DNA from: Octopus vulgaris
Taxonomy: Eukaryota
Assembly: GCA_951406725.2 (NCBI GenBank)
Contig: OX597826.1
Span: 45,074,001-45,138,000 of the forward strand
DNA: 64,000 nt
Reading direction: 5' to 3'
Shown here one piece after another: positions 41,979 through 54,944 of this stretch (position 1 is the first letter of the stretch; each line of letters begins with the position of its first letter). The notes beneath the pieces are model-generated. The model was not told the DNA's origin and did no database searches. It worked only from the letters and a program-made list of their open reading frames with translations. The position numbers and the translations under genes were made by a program.

Positions 41979-42385
41979 GCAGGAGTGGCTGTGTGGTAAG
42001 TAGCTTGCTTACCAACCACATGGTTCCGGGTTCAGTCCCACTGCGTGGTACCTTGGGCAAGTGTCTTCTACTATAGCCTCGGGCCGACCAAAGCCTTGTG
42101 AGTGGATTTGGTAGACGGAAAATGAAAGAAGCCCGTCGTATATATGTGTATATATATGTCCGTGTATGTTTGTGTCTGTGTTTGTCCCCCTAGCATTGCT
42201 TCACAACCGATGCTGGTGTGTTTATGTCCTCGTCACTTTGCGGTTTGGCAAAAGAGACCGATAGAATAAGTACTGGGCTTACAAAGAATAAGTCCCGGGG
42301 TCGAGTTGCTCGACTAAAGGCGGTGCTCCAGCATGGCCGCAGTCAAATGACTGAAACAAGTAAAAGAGTAAAAGAGAAAAGAGTA
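41979..42385 (+). mobile_element. tRNA-derived SINE family C, full-length reference copy
   Basis: A box TGGCTGTGTGG, B-box-like GGTTCAGTCCC, CORE-like tgcgtggtaccttgggcaagtgtctt, internal TA/TG tract, tail ending in (taaaagag)n. Confidence 0.92.
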
Positions 42386-44224
42386 ATATATAGTAATATT
42401 ACATATTTGTGATACCGAAAATGACTAAACCGTTTAATATAATTTATACAGTTAGATTAAAGTTAAATGCAGAATATTTATTTTCACACATAAACCATTG
42501 GAGTAGCTTATAACGAAAGATGTGTGACTAAATACTTTACTTTACTTAGTAACATTATTTTACCTTCAGAATCAAAATTATGCTCCATCATCTAGAAAAT
42601 AAGTACAAATCACAGAGTCGAGTCACTTTAAACGACTACAACATGCTCCTTAAAATAAGAAAAACTATTGTCGTGTGTCCGTGTTAGGATTCATGAATTC
42701 TTCACTCATAAAAACTTCTTATCCATATACAGTAGTGAGATATTCTCTGAGAGCAGCTTTTGATTCGTTCTTCTACTTACTTCTCTGAAACATAATGTAA
42801 TATCAAAGGAACTGCTAATAGCGATTCAGACAATAGACTGTATAAAGACTTACATTGGTAGCAGCCGATAACGAAAAATGTTAAACGTTCAGCATGGTCG
42901 TCAAGCAAACAATGTGACGTATGTATCCGGGAAATGATTAGCTTCTGGAAAACAGGATTAGATAAAATATGGAGAGATTACTTTAAAGTAATATCGATTG
43001 ATATTGCATGGGCTTTCAAATAATTTGAAAAAGAGATAAGAAATGAGTAAATGAATGAGTGAATGAATACATGAATGAAGAGAGGAATGAATATGAAAAA
43101 TGCAAGACACAACGGGAACAAGAGAGGAGCAAAGAAAATTAGAAAAGATAAAGTAGTTTTATATTAGATTACAAAATACAGTTACCTTTTCGATCTCGGT
43201 ACATTTCCATCGTAAAAGAACGAAATTAACTAACAGATTGAAGGCCTAAGATATTGTTATCACTTCTTCGATTTACTTTTGCTAAAAATAGTTTATGTAA
43301 TTTTTCCTGTTGTTTTATATTCAAGCAAAGTTTTTAAACTTATCTATTTTCCGTTTCAACTTAAAGCGCACATCTCCAACTCATCTATAATTAAAATATC
43401 TTAATATTATTTTAAAATGCAGATGTTCCAATGGATTATTACTTGGTTCCGAGAATGTACCAAGTTTGTTTTTGATATTACAGGATATATGACAGACAAT
43501 ATTCTTATCAGCTTTTGGATGGAAAATATATACAAATATCTTAAAAACAATCAGGAAAAACATCCCTGAAAATAATAATCAGAATATCTATTTTAAAAAT
43601 CTTCTCATCATATATTCTCTTGCATAGATTACATATGAGCTCACGGTTACGTTAGCATTTCAAGGTATCATGGCAATGACAAATTATTGATAAATCCTCC
43701 AGGAATATTAAAAATGTCTCCTTCGTATTCATTGCGTGTTGCGGATGAAACTAAATAATTACGTTCTTTACTTAGGATTCTTCAGGTTGTATACTAACAT
43801 GAGATAAAACAATCAAATAAAAGTACATTTTATTCTAAAAGGGTTAGGTCATACTATTCTGAAAGTGAAAATATATCATTAATACTATATTGAGAGGAGT
43901 TACTGTGTCCATGTGAAACTGATCTGCTTAAGCAGATCAATTCCCTGCTTGGTTATGTGGTAAAGTGGTTCGCTTCCCCAACAACGACGTTTCGGATTCA
44001 GACTCACTATGTGGTGCCTTGCACTAGTGTATGCCACTGTAGCACTGCGGCGCTGACCATTACTGTATGAAACAATTTTGGTGGACAGAAATTGTGGTGT
44101 AAGTCTGTCGTGTGTGCGTATGTGTGTGTGTGTGTGTGTATATATTTCATCTTATTCATTTTATCTAGTTTCAGATCACGAGCCGTGGCCATGCTGCAGC
44201 ACCGCCATTGAAACAATGTGCTAT

Positions 44225-44341
44225 GCTTACTGCACCTAAGTTTCCAAGCGGTAACCCATCTAAGTACTGACTAGGCTCGACGTTGCTTACCTTCGGTGAT
44301 CAGACGAGAACCGGTGCTTTCAACGTGATATGGCCGTAAGC
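44225..44341 (-). pseudogene. Diverged 5S rRNA copy (pseudogene or head of a SINE3-like element)
   Basis: Minus strand GCTTACGGCCATATCACGTTGAAAGCACCGGTTCTCGTCTGATCACCGAAGGTAAGCAACGTCGAGCCTAGTCAGTACTTAGATGGGTTACCGCTTGGAAACTTAGGTGCAGTAAGC. Ends pair (GCTTAC/GTAAGC), internal control boxes carry substitutions, and there is no oligo-T terminator. Confidence 0.92.
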
Positions 44342-44394
<53 letters not shown>

Positions 44395-44477
44395 GTATGT
44401 ATGTATGTATGTATGTATGTATGTATGTATGTATGTATGTATGTATGTATATATGTATATGTGTATATAAGACTAGC

Positions 44478-44630
44478 TGGGTGTGGTACGTAGCTTGCTT
44501 ACGAACCACATGGTTCCCGGTTCATTCATGCTGCGTGGCACCTTGGGCAAGTGTCTTCTCCTATAGCCTCAGGTCGACCAAAGCCTTGTGAGTGGATTTG
44601 GCAGAGGAAAACTGAAAGAAGCCTGTCGTA
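44478..44630 (+). mobile_element. SINE family C, 5' half
   Basis: Matches the head region of the 41979 copy. Confidence 0.85.
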
Positions 44631-44680
44631 TATGTTTATATATATATTTATATGTATATATATTTATGTATGTCAGACAA

Positions 44681-44723
<43 letters not shown>

Positions 44724-44724
44724 T

Positions 44725-44765
<41 letters not shown>

Positions 44766-45025
44766 CAGACAGACAAATGCACATATATGTTTGAGCGTGT
44801 AAATACATATGCATATGTGCGCATATATGTGTATACGTATTTACATACATATAGCTTATATATTTATACACATCCTTTCATCCATTCATGAATGCACACA
44901 TGAATACATATATACACGCGCAAACACACACACACTTATTCTCGCACACACATTGATTCTCGCACACACATTGAGACAAACAGACAGACAGACAGACAAA
45001 CAGACAGGCAGATAGATAGATGGAT

Positions 45026-45474
45026 AAGTTTCTTTATTAGCCACACGGGGCTGCACACAGATGGGACAAATTACAAGGTAAAGCTTTTCTTTTGGGGGAT
45101 GAAAACAAGAAAAAAAAGTGGTGTAGGTTTTCGATCAAAAGGGATCGTAAAAGAGAAAAAAGAAAAAAAAGAAAAAAAGGAAAAGAAAAAAGAAAAGAAA
45201 AAAGAAAAAAAAGAAAAAAAGAGGAAAAAGGGGAAGAGAAAAAACGATCAATAGGGATCGTGTATCACAGTGTCATGATATACGGTGTAAAGGGGGAAGC
45301 TGATAAGGTTTATCCGTGGGAAGAAAAGCCTACGAAAAAGACCACGGTAACCTCGGTCAATATTGTTATATGTTACCACATTTGTTTGCAAGTGGGTAAC
45401 CCTCTGTTTACAATTTCTGGGTTCATAGGAATATGCTCAAGGTGGCTTCGTCATTCAAACGTGCCATCCTTGCT
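45026..45474 (-). mobile_element. Probable 3' end of a non-LTR retrotransposon inserted in (GATA)n
   Basis: Minus strand: short ORF end MARLNDEATLSIFL*, pyrimidine-rich UTR-like tract, AATAAA near the end; (GATA)n on both sides. Confidence 0.5.
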
Positions 45475-45523
<49 letters not shown>

Positions 45524-46851
45524 GAGAAATATATAGCAAAATATGCGCTTATGTATATAAGCACATCTGCACATCTCCGCACAAATACACATATACATAT
45601 ATATGTGCATATATGCGTATATTCATATATATACATGTAGTTTATAATAACTATACACATCTTTTCATCTATTCATGCATCCCTCCATGAATACACACAC
45701 ACACACACACAAATGCATATTTTGCGAGAAAGGGTGGTAAATTTGATGGCGTAGATTTCATATTTTCCCCATGTACACAAATCAGCGGCTGATATCTTTG
45801 AATAACTCTTCTAATTTACACACACACACACTCACACACACACACACACACACACACATACAGAGTTATATTTTATATACATGCCTTCTCTCTGGCACAT
45901 TTGCAAGCGAACTCTATTTTTGAAGTCTTATTTGTAATCGATTTTTATATTAACAGACCATAAAATATCAGAGACCATTATCCATAAAAGTTCTCTTAGC
46001 ATTAAATCTTCCCTTCAATAATTAGTGCAAGTAAATTTCCAGACATGCAACTTAGAATCCATTTGTCTAATAGTTATTCACAGATAAAAATCAACCGAAA
46101 ATATCATAAAAATGTAAAATGTCCGTATTTATTCTGTGCAATTCCATTTCTTGTATCTACCAAAAATATTTTCATTATCACTAACATTAGCAGCTTTCAT
46201 CTCCAGGTTCTTTTATAGGATTGAATCTCTGTAGTGAAGATTAATTTCTGAATAAGCCTAGGCAATGTGAATCCAGTGTGTAATAGGCTATATCATTATT
46301 AGGAGATATTCTGAATTCTTCGGTGTTTTTAATGGAAACAGAATAATTTATATCCATCATTATTCCAGTATACAGCACGTGTGCCCTGCGTTAATATTGA
46401 TTAATAGCTTAGGTACCAGGCCATGCATTTGAGAGAAATATAAAGTCGATTGTATCGACAGAAGTATTTAACTCGTATTTAGTATTTCCCAGCCTCAGAA
46501 ATATGAATGGCAAAACTTCCCTCTCCGTGGGATTTGAACATCGAATGTAAAGTCACGTAACTAAAATATCACAATGCATATATATATATATATATATAGC
46601 CAACCTGCTAAGCTTGCAAATTCATCTCTTCCTTGCTTGTATAAAAGTATTGAACACGATTTATGGCCCTGTTCGATTTCAGAACCAATAAGCAGGAGAC
46701 AAAAGAAATCGATAATGAAAGATATTTTCGACAATATCGATACACATACGACTCAATCTGCTAATTGACAGTTTCAGAGACCTTTTGATATTTTCCTTAA
46801 ATACCACGAAGAGAGAAAGATATATTCCTTTTTAATGAATGTATGTATGCT

Positions 46852-46964
<113 letters not shown>

Positions 46965-47258
46965 GTAAGTATATATAGATAAATTACCTGTTACTTTTGG
47001 TCGCGAATTTTGGTCGCGAATTTTGGTCGCGAGTTCAAAGCGACGAAAATATTTTGTATAATTAATTTTATTTGTTGAAATGAGTCTAACGGTTTTTGTG
47101 TGTTTTTAAATGGCTTATAAACACCTTCCACACTGCAATTGTTCTTGCTTTAGCACACGGTCTCAGATCAAGTCATGTGCAAGTACATCACGGTAATATA
47201 TAGAGAGAGAAAGAGAGAGCGCGCGAGAGACAGACAGACAGAGAATTATGTATATGTA

Positions 47259-47306
<48 letters not shown>

Positions 47307-47321
47307 CATATACATACATAT

Positions 47322-47542
47322 ACTCTTTTACTTGTTTCAGTCAGTTGACTGTGGCGATGCTGGAGCACCGCCTTTTTTAGTCGAGCAAATCGACCCCAGG
47401 ACTTATTCTTTGTAAGCTAAGTACTTATTCTATCGGGATCTTTTCCCGGGCCGCTAAGTTACGGGGACGTAAACACACCAGCATCGGTTTTAAGGCGATG
47501 CTGGGGGCAAACATAGACACACAAACATATGCACACACATAC

Positions 47543-47621
<79 letters not shown>

Positions 47622-47853
47622 ATGTGTGTGTATGTGTGTGCGTGTGTGTGTGTGTATATATATATATATGTATATATATATGCATATATACGACGGGCTT
47701 CTTTCAGTTCCCGTCTACAAAATCCACTCACAAGGCTTTGGTCGGTCCGAGGATATAGTAGAAGACACTTGCTCAAGGTGCCACGCAGGGGGACTGAACC
47801 CGGAACCATGTGATTCGTAAGCAAGGTACCTACCTCACAGCCTTTCCTACGCC
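47322..47853 (-). mobile_element. SINE family C
   Basis: Full-length reverse-complement copy with an expanded internal microsatellite. Confidence 0.9.
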
Positions 47854-48292
47854 TGTATATGCATCTAAAAAAAACGAATGAACAGCTTAATTCATCACTG
47901 TACCCGTTTATGTATTTTTATGCATGTATTTATAGATATACTTTTGTATATATGTGTATGTAAGTATGTGCATATATATATGAGTGTGTGTATATATGTA
48001 TGTTGGTAGGTAGGTAGGTAGGTAGGTAGGTAGGTAGGTAGGTTAGTAGGTAGGTAGGTCGGTAGGTAGCTAGATAGATAGGTAGGTAGGTAGGTAGGTA
48101 GGTAGGTAGGTAGGTAGGTAGGTAGGTAGGTAGGTAGGTATAGATATATATATATGCATGTATTTGTTATACACTTCTGGAAACTGTCCAGCCGTAGTCA
48201 CAATTACTTTCAAGCATGCTCAAGAGGTTAAGTAGCTCTTATAAGACATAGGTTGAAATCTTACCGCTTGCAGTCCTCAGAATACACACACG

Positions 48293-48337
<45 letters not shown>

Positions 48338-48721
48338 GAACACACACAAGCCCACACGCACTCATCTACACACAAATACACGCCCATATATATTTGTGTG
48401 TCTTTTGTAAGCCTGTAAGAGGTAAGATTTTAACCTATACGCACACACACGCACAAATATATACGTATGTATATATGTTGTATGTATGTATGTATGTATA
48501 TATATAAATGTGTGTGTGTGTGTATTTGTACACTATAATTTAAACTGAACGTGATTAAGCGTGTTAGAACACATTTCTAGAAATAAGAGCTAAATGCCTT
48601 AATTCTAAGCGGCCGGTATTTCCGTTCCTTCTCACGGGCTGCGTCGTACAGCGCCGTGCCTAGCTCAAAACGAACTGTAACATCCACTACTCCTACTACT
48701 CATCGGGACTACGAAATATCA

Positions 48722-49192
<471 letters not shown>

Positions 49193-49420
49193 GTATCTAT
49201 ACTGACAGACCTGTAATCACCCGAAAGTACCGGTCAAGAATTTCATGGCAATCGTAGTCCCTATCAGTACTTATTAAGTGTTTTAACTACAGCATTAGAG
49301 TTTTCTAGCTATTATTTCTAGTTATGTAGATGTTCTAACACTCTTAGACGCATTTAGTGACGGTTATAGTTTTTCTTTTATCCAATACATTGCACATGGC
49401 TGTCTATATATATATATATA

Positions 49421-49626
49421 GATCGCCATGATAGATCGTTAGCCACTACACACATTTTTTATCTCCTTGTTTCTCTCCTTGTTTTTTCTGTGTACCTTTC
49501 TGTAGAAGAGCGTAGGCTCGAAACGTAAAACACTTTTTTCTATTCCTGAGCGCTATGCTAATACATCTGTTTGTTTTGTACACCACCTGTCTTCGTCTTT
49601 TGTCTTTTTTTTCGTAAACTTTCCCT

Positions 49627-49627
<1 letters not shown>
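49421..49627 (+). mobile_element. ~200-bp element with variant hammerhead (copy 3 of 3)
   Basis: TTT-CTGTAGA-aGAGCgtagGCTC-GAAAC-GTA-AAA at 49497-49530; flanked by (TA)n and (CA)n. Confidence 0.8.
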
Positions 49628-49680
<53 letters not shown>

Positions 49681-51827
49681 TCTGCAGGAAGGAATGATGA
49701 GAGAAAACAGATGGAGAGAAGAAAGAAAAATGAACAGCATCTGGATTAACGGTTGAACACACACACACACACACACACACACATGCACGCGCACACGCGC
49801 GCTCACACATACAAACACACTCATACACACACAAATCTACGGATGGGTGTACAAAAGAGTGACAATAGAATGTGTACTCAATATATGTAGTAGACGTTAC
49901 GCAGCCACAGCTCATGATTTACTCCGTCGTCATTCGGACTTTCTCTGTATGTCTTTTACTCTAGACAGCGAAAAGCTAAAAAAAAAAAAAAGAAGGAAAA
50001 AAAGAAGAGCGAAAAGAACGAAAAACAAAAATAAGCAATGGGCGGACAGGGTACAGGGGTTAAGGAACCTGAAACAAATCACTTGAAATTATTCAATTTC
50101 CAATATTATTCGATTTCCATCAGGTGATTATGTTTAGTTGGCGGGGTTGCAGCTCGAAAAGCGTGAACTAGCTGCTTGTTAGAAATCATTGCTAAACCTG
50201 ACTTTTCACCGAAGACTGAGTCTTTGGTATGGTCTACGTCACATTACTGGTAACAAGATCAGTTTCTTTCTTTCAAGGCATTCTTGTTGTTACATAAGAT
50301 CATTTCCTTCTTTTGAAGGCATCGCTGTAGTTACGCTTGCTTTTGTTTTAAATGTTCGAATAAGACGTAAGACAGTGAAAGCGAGAAGTGTTAACAGTTT
50401 TATCAACAACATATGTTCTTTAACAAAGATTAGGCTTCGTATAATTTATTAATGTCACAGTATTTGTTTAACTCAGAAAACTACTGTAATATATGAACGA
50501 AATTCGTTAGGTTGTAAGTTACATTTGTCAAATGTTTCTTGCCTGTTTTATTATTTTAATTTCATTTAGTCTTCTTCGTTTTCAATACTACACCTGCTCT
50601 TTCAAAGCGAAATCATTTACACACATCTCAAAGTGTTATATAGATGTTAATCTTAAGAAAACTAAATATTCACTGAATTGAGTCAAATCAGAAGCTTTAG
50701 TTCTCCTTCCAGTAATTTGTAACGCCAATAACACACGTCTTTCTTTTTTTTGTGAACATAGTAATTTCTTTCTTCGCTTTCAGTGTTTTCTTGTCTGGTA
50801 TTTCAAAAGAACATAAAGAGCATCAATATTCACCTCTTTCCACTTAACAGCTTTTCAACATGCGTGTCTAACAATTAAACACGCACAGAAGGACATTTCT
50901 CAGTAAACATATCACGGTCTTCTGAAGAGAAATAAGCACTTTTAGTGTGTATTTCTTGGTCTTTCTTTGCTGGAATGTACTGAAAGACTACTGAATAACG
51001 AATCGAAATCCACAAGGTCATTCAACTATAAATACCTTCGAGTATTGAGTTCTTGGAGAACAATAGAATGTGTTATCTCAATAGTATGACACATAGACGT
51101 TAAATCTACCAGCTCATGATTTACTCCACGTCGTCACTCGGACTTTCTCATTCGGTGTTGAAAAATTTACAAAGAAATACAGAACATGTTAGACGGGAAA
51201 TGCTATTAAAATAGAAAGGAATAATGACAAAGACTATTATTCTGACTAGTCGGTGAAATTATATTTTCGAATAGTCTAGATTAGTTTCGCCACTCTGGTG
51301 GTAAAGAAATTAAAATTACAGACCCTCTCATTATTTGTCGTTGAGTTACTGCTGTTGTCTTTTACAGAATGCATGACGGCATCATGCATAATGCAAGAAC
51401 ACCTACTATGTCTACATGAAATGTCAGTTCAAGTCCCACGGCGACCGTCGACGTTTTCTATACAAAAACGGTCTTTTCAACCCAAAATATACAGGGTATA
51501 CCTTTATGCACTTTGATATCCTAAGTTTCAAGAGGAGCATTACTTCACGTTCTCGATAAAGTTTATATAATTCCTACGACTTGAACAACGTATAATTTTC
51601 GACAGTGAAATTAGTTTCTAAACCGAATAACAAAATTCGAGGGATTCCTTTTGTCCAATGTTATAACGCTTATCGTGTTTACGGACGTGGGTTCACATCC
51701 CACGAGCGGCCTTCGACTTTTTCTATCCAAGGAAATTTTCTACACAATATTTACATATTGTAATCATACTATTTTTCATAGCTTTATGTTCTTCGAGATA
51801 CACTTTTCCGATAAGAAATATATATAC

Positions 51828-52110
51828 ACCCCACACACCTCCCCAACACCAACATCCTCACCCCGCACCCTCATCCTAAATCTCCACACACCACCCCCAC
51901 ACCGCACCACACACCACACCCACACCACACTACACACCACCACACCACACCACCCCATATCATCCCACACCACCCCTCACCACTTCACACACATTAGCAC
52001 TGACCACTTCCCAGCACCCTCACCACACACCATCATCTGAACACCCGCACGCTGTCACCCACACACCTACACATTACAGACGCACACACACGCGCACACA
52101 TCAACACAAC
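51828..52110. repeat. C/A-rich low-complexity tract
   Basis: Degenerate (CAC/CACAC)n, read directly. Confidence 0.9.
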
Positions 52111-52127
52111 AAAGTCACTAGCCGAAC

Positions 52128-52458
52128 TTAGTCGAACAAATTGACCTGGGTCTTTCATTGCAAGCCTAGTATTTATTCTATAGGTTTCTTTTGCCGAACC
52201 GCTAAGTTACCGAGACGTAAACACACCAGCATCTGTTGTCAAATGATGGTGGGGGACAAACAGAGACATACAAACACACAACACACACATAAACATACAT
52301 ACGACGAGCTACTTCCAGGTCCCGTCTACCATATCCACTGACAAGGCTTTGGTCAATCCGAGGCTCTAGTAGAAGTCACTTACACAATGCGCCACGCAAT
52401 GGACTGAACTCGGAACCATGTGATTGGGAAGCAAGGATCCTACCGCACAGCCACGCCA
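52128..52458 (-). mobile_element. SINE family C
   Basis: Reverse-complement copy lacking the extreme tail. Confidence 0.8.
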
Positions 52459-52479
52459 GTAACTATATATAATACAAAA

Positions 52480-52706
52480 CAGCGAGCTGGCAGAAACGTT
52501 AGCGAGCTGGGTGAAATGCTTAGCGGTATTTCGTCTGTCGTTACGTTCTGAGTTCAAATTCCGTCGAGGTCGAGTTTGCCTTTCATCCTTTCAGGGTCGA
52601 TAAATAAAGTACTAGTCACGCACTGGGGTCGATGTAATCGACTTAATGCCTTTGTCTGTCCTTGTTTGTCCCTTCTATGTTTTGCCCCTTGTGTGTAGTA
52701 AAGAAA
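52480..52706 (+). mobile_element. SINE family D, single unit
   Basis: Head plus one unit. atataatacaaaacag-like sequence on both sides is a possible TSD. Confidence 0.88.
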
Positions 52707-52973
52707 TATATATAATACAAAACAGGAGGTTGGAAAAAATATTGGTATCATTTATTCACCATTAAACGTTTTATTTGCTAATAGGCATCACAAAGTTGTA
52801 CGTGTTGAAAAAAGATGTAAGAGATTTACTATTAGAAATTCTTCAGGCAGGCAAGCAAATAATACAAAATTTACTTTCGGATGAGGCGTTTAAATATAGT
52901 TAGTTATTAGGAGTAGGATAAAGAATTAAGAGATGGAATAAAAGACAACTCAAGTAGCAAAGGGAATAAAGCA

Positions 52974-53004
<31 letters not shown>

Positions 53005-53118
53005 CATACATACATACATACATACATACATGCATACATACATGTTGCAATGGGTAAATTGCCATATTATACCTTCAATTATACGCATGCGCATTGTTGG
53101 TTTTTGATTTGTCAACTT

Positions 53119-53500
53119 GGAAGCACTCCGTCGGTTACGACGATGAGGGTTCCGGTTGATCCGAATCAACGGAACAGCCTGCTCGTGAAATTAACATGTA
53201 AGTGGCTGAGCACTCCACAGACACGTGCACCCTTAACGTAGTTCTCGGGGATATTCAGCGTGACACAGAGAGTGACAAGGCCGGCCCCTTGAAATACAGG
53301 TACAACAGAAACAGGAAGTAAGAGTGAGAGAAAGTTGTAGTGAAAGAGTACAGCAGGGATCACCACCATCCCCTGCCGGAGCCTCGTGGAGCTTTTAGTT
53401 GTTTTCGCTCAATAAACACTCACAACGCCCGGTCTGGGAATCGAAACCGCGATCCTATGACCGCGAGTCCGCTGCCCTAACCACTGGGCCATTGCGCCTC
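53119..53500 (-). mobile_element. tRNA-derived SINE family A, tail type 2
   Basis: Near-identical to 30713-31080. Confidence 0.9.
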
Positions 53501-53519
53501 TTATTTGTCAACTACACAG

Positions 53520-54374
53520 TATAGCAGGGTCACTTGGACGCCGTCTGTAAGAAAAACAGCACCATGACGCAATTCACTCTGCCAGAAATTTGTAAAACGA
53601 CGTGCTGTACTCTTTGGTATTCGCACTGCAAGCTCCAGTATGAACATTTCAGAGTGTTTGGGTGTTAATCTGAGGACAGTGCAATCGGAGGACATGTACC
53701 AAGAGTGATAAAAATCAAACATCCAGTCAACATCATGGTGCTTGGAGTGATTACTAGCGATAGCAATGTTATGCGTCCATTGATCTTCCCACACGGCCTC
53801 ACACTCAACAAGAAAGCATACTTCAAGTGCGTGGTGGAGGTAGTGCTGCCCTAAATAAAGAGGGTGGCTGCTGGAAGATCCTATGTCTGGCAACAGGACT
53901 CTGCACCATGCCACAGGAGAACATCATCACTAACATCTGGCCACATAACTCCCAAGACTACAATCCCACACGTAAGCAGGAGAACATCACCATTAACATC
54001 TGGCCATATAACTTCCCAGACTACAACACCCCAGACTACAATCTCACACATAAGCAAGAGAACTTCACCACTAATAATGTGTGGGATTCAGTTGAGCGAG
54101 ACACCAACAAAACTTCTTGTAAAACCAGAGTTAAACTGAAGGCAAGGATTATGACAGCATTCACCAACTTAAACAAGGAGACCGTCCAGAAGAGTTGCAA
54201 AAGATTCCGAAGCCGTCTCAAGGTCGTGGTTGAAGACATTGGCGATTTTAGTAAATAAATCTACTCTTTAGTATTTCGGGATATTTCTATGTGATTTTGG
54301 TAGATATACCCGCTAAAATTAGTGTTGTTTTCGTTTTTGCGTAATTTAGACGATAGTTTATTCACGGCACCCTG
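53520..54374 (+). mobile_element. Tc1/mariner (maT/DD37D-like) transposase relic
   Basis: KHPVNIMVLGVITSD..., YVWQQDSAPCH, NIWPHNSQDYNP, VWDSVE...KSCKRFRSRLKVVVEDIGDF; 3' end cacggcaccctg|TA. Internal deletions prevent counting the D-D spacing. Confidence 0.8.
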
Positions 54375-54502
54375 TACATACATACATACATACATACATA
54401 CATACATACATACATACATTCATACATACATACATACATACATACATACATACATACATACATGCATGCATACACATGCACATACGCACACACACTAGCA
54501 CA

Positions 54503-54535
<33 letters not shown>

Positions 54536-54555
54536 CTAAAGTTATGTGTGTGTGA

Positions 54556-54722
54556 GGGAGAATGGCTTAGTGGTTAAAATGTCGCACTCGCGATCTACTG
54601 ATCGTGATTTCGATTTCTAGATCGGGTGGTACGTTGTCTTCTTGAGCAAAACATTTCATCTCACGTTGTACCACGATCACTTCGACACCTGACGCAAGGT
54701 ACACCGTGCACTTGTTCAGACA
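54556..54722 (+). mobile_element. Diverged tRNA-derived SINE (A-like head plus CORE-like segment)
   Basis: atggcttagtggttaa...tttcgatttctagatcggg followed by tgtcttcttgagcaaaacatttcatctcacgttg. Confidence 0.65.
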
Positions 54723-54749
54723 ATACTAGATCATCAGACAGACAGATAG

Positions 54750-54816
<67 letters not shown>

Positions 54817-54944
54817 AAGATAGATATCATTGAGAGGCTTTTTGTCAGTTGTGGTGGAGGCTAAACCATGTGTCTATGACTATTCTCTTGTCACCAAATC
54901 AAGATGCTTGTTCTTTACCACAGTGAAATTAATTCTTGATTGTA

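Noticed and set aside
46990-47200. TA-flanked segment with 3x ttttggtcgcga and GCGACGA...GAAATGAGTC
   Set aside because: May be another decayed ribozyme-bearing element, but the core is too degenerate to call.
51298-51516. 72-aa ORF with a hydrophobic N-terminus
   Set aside because: GTG start, no recognisable homology and no exon context.
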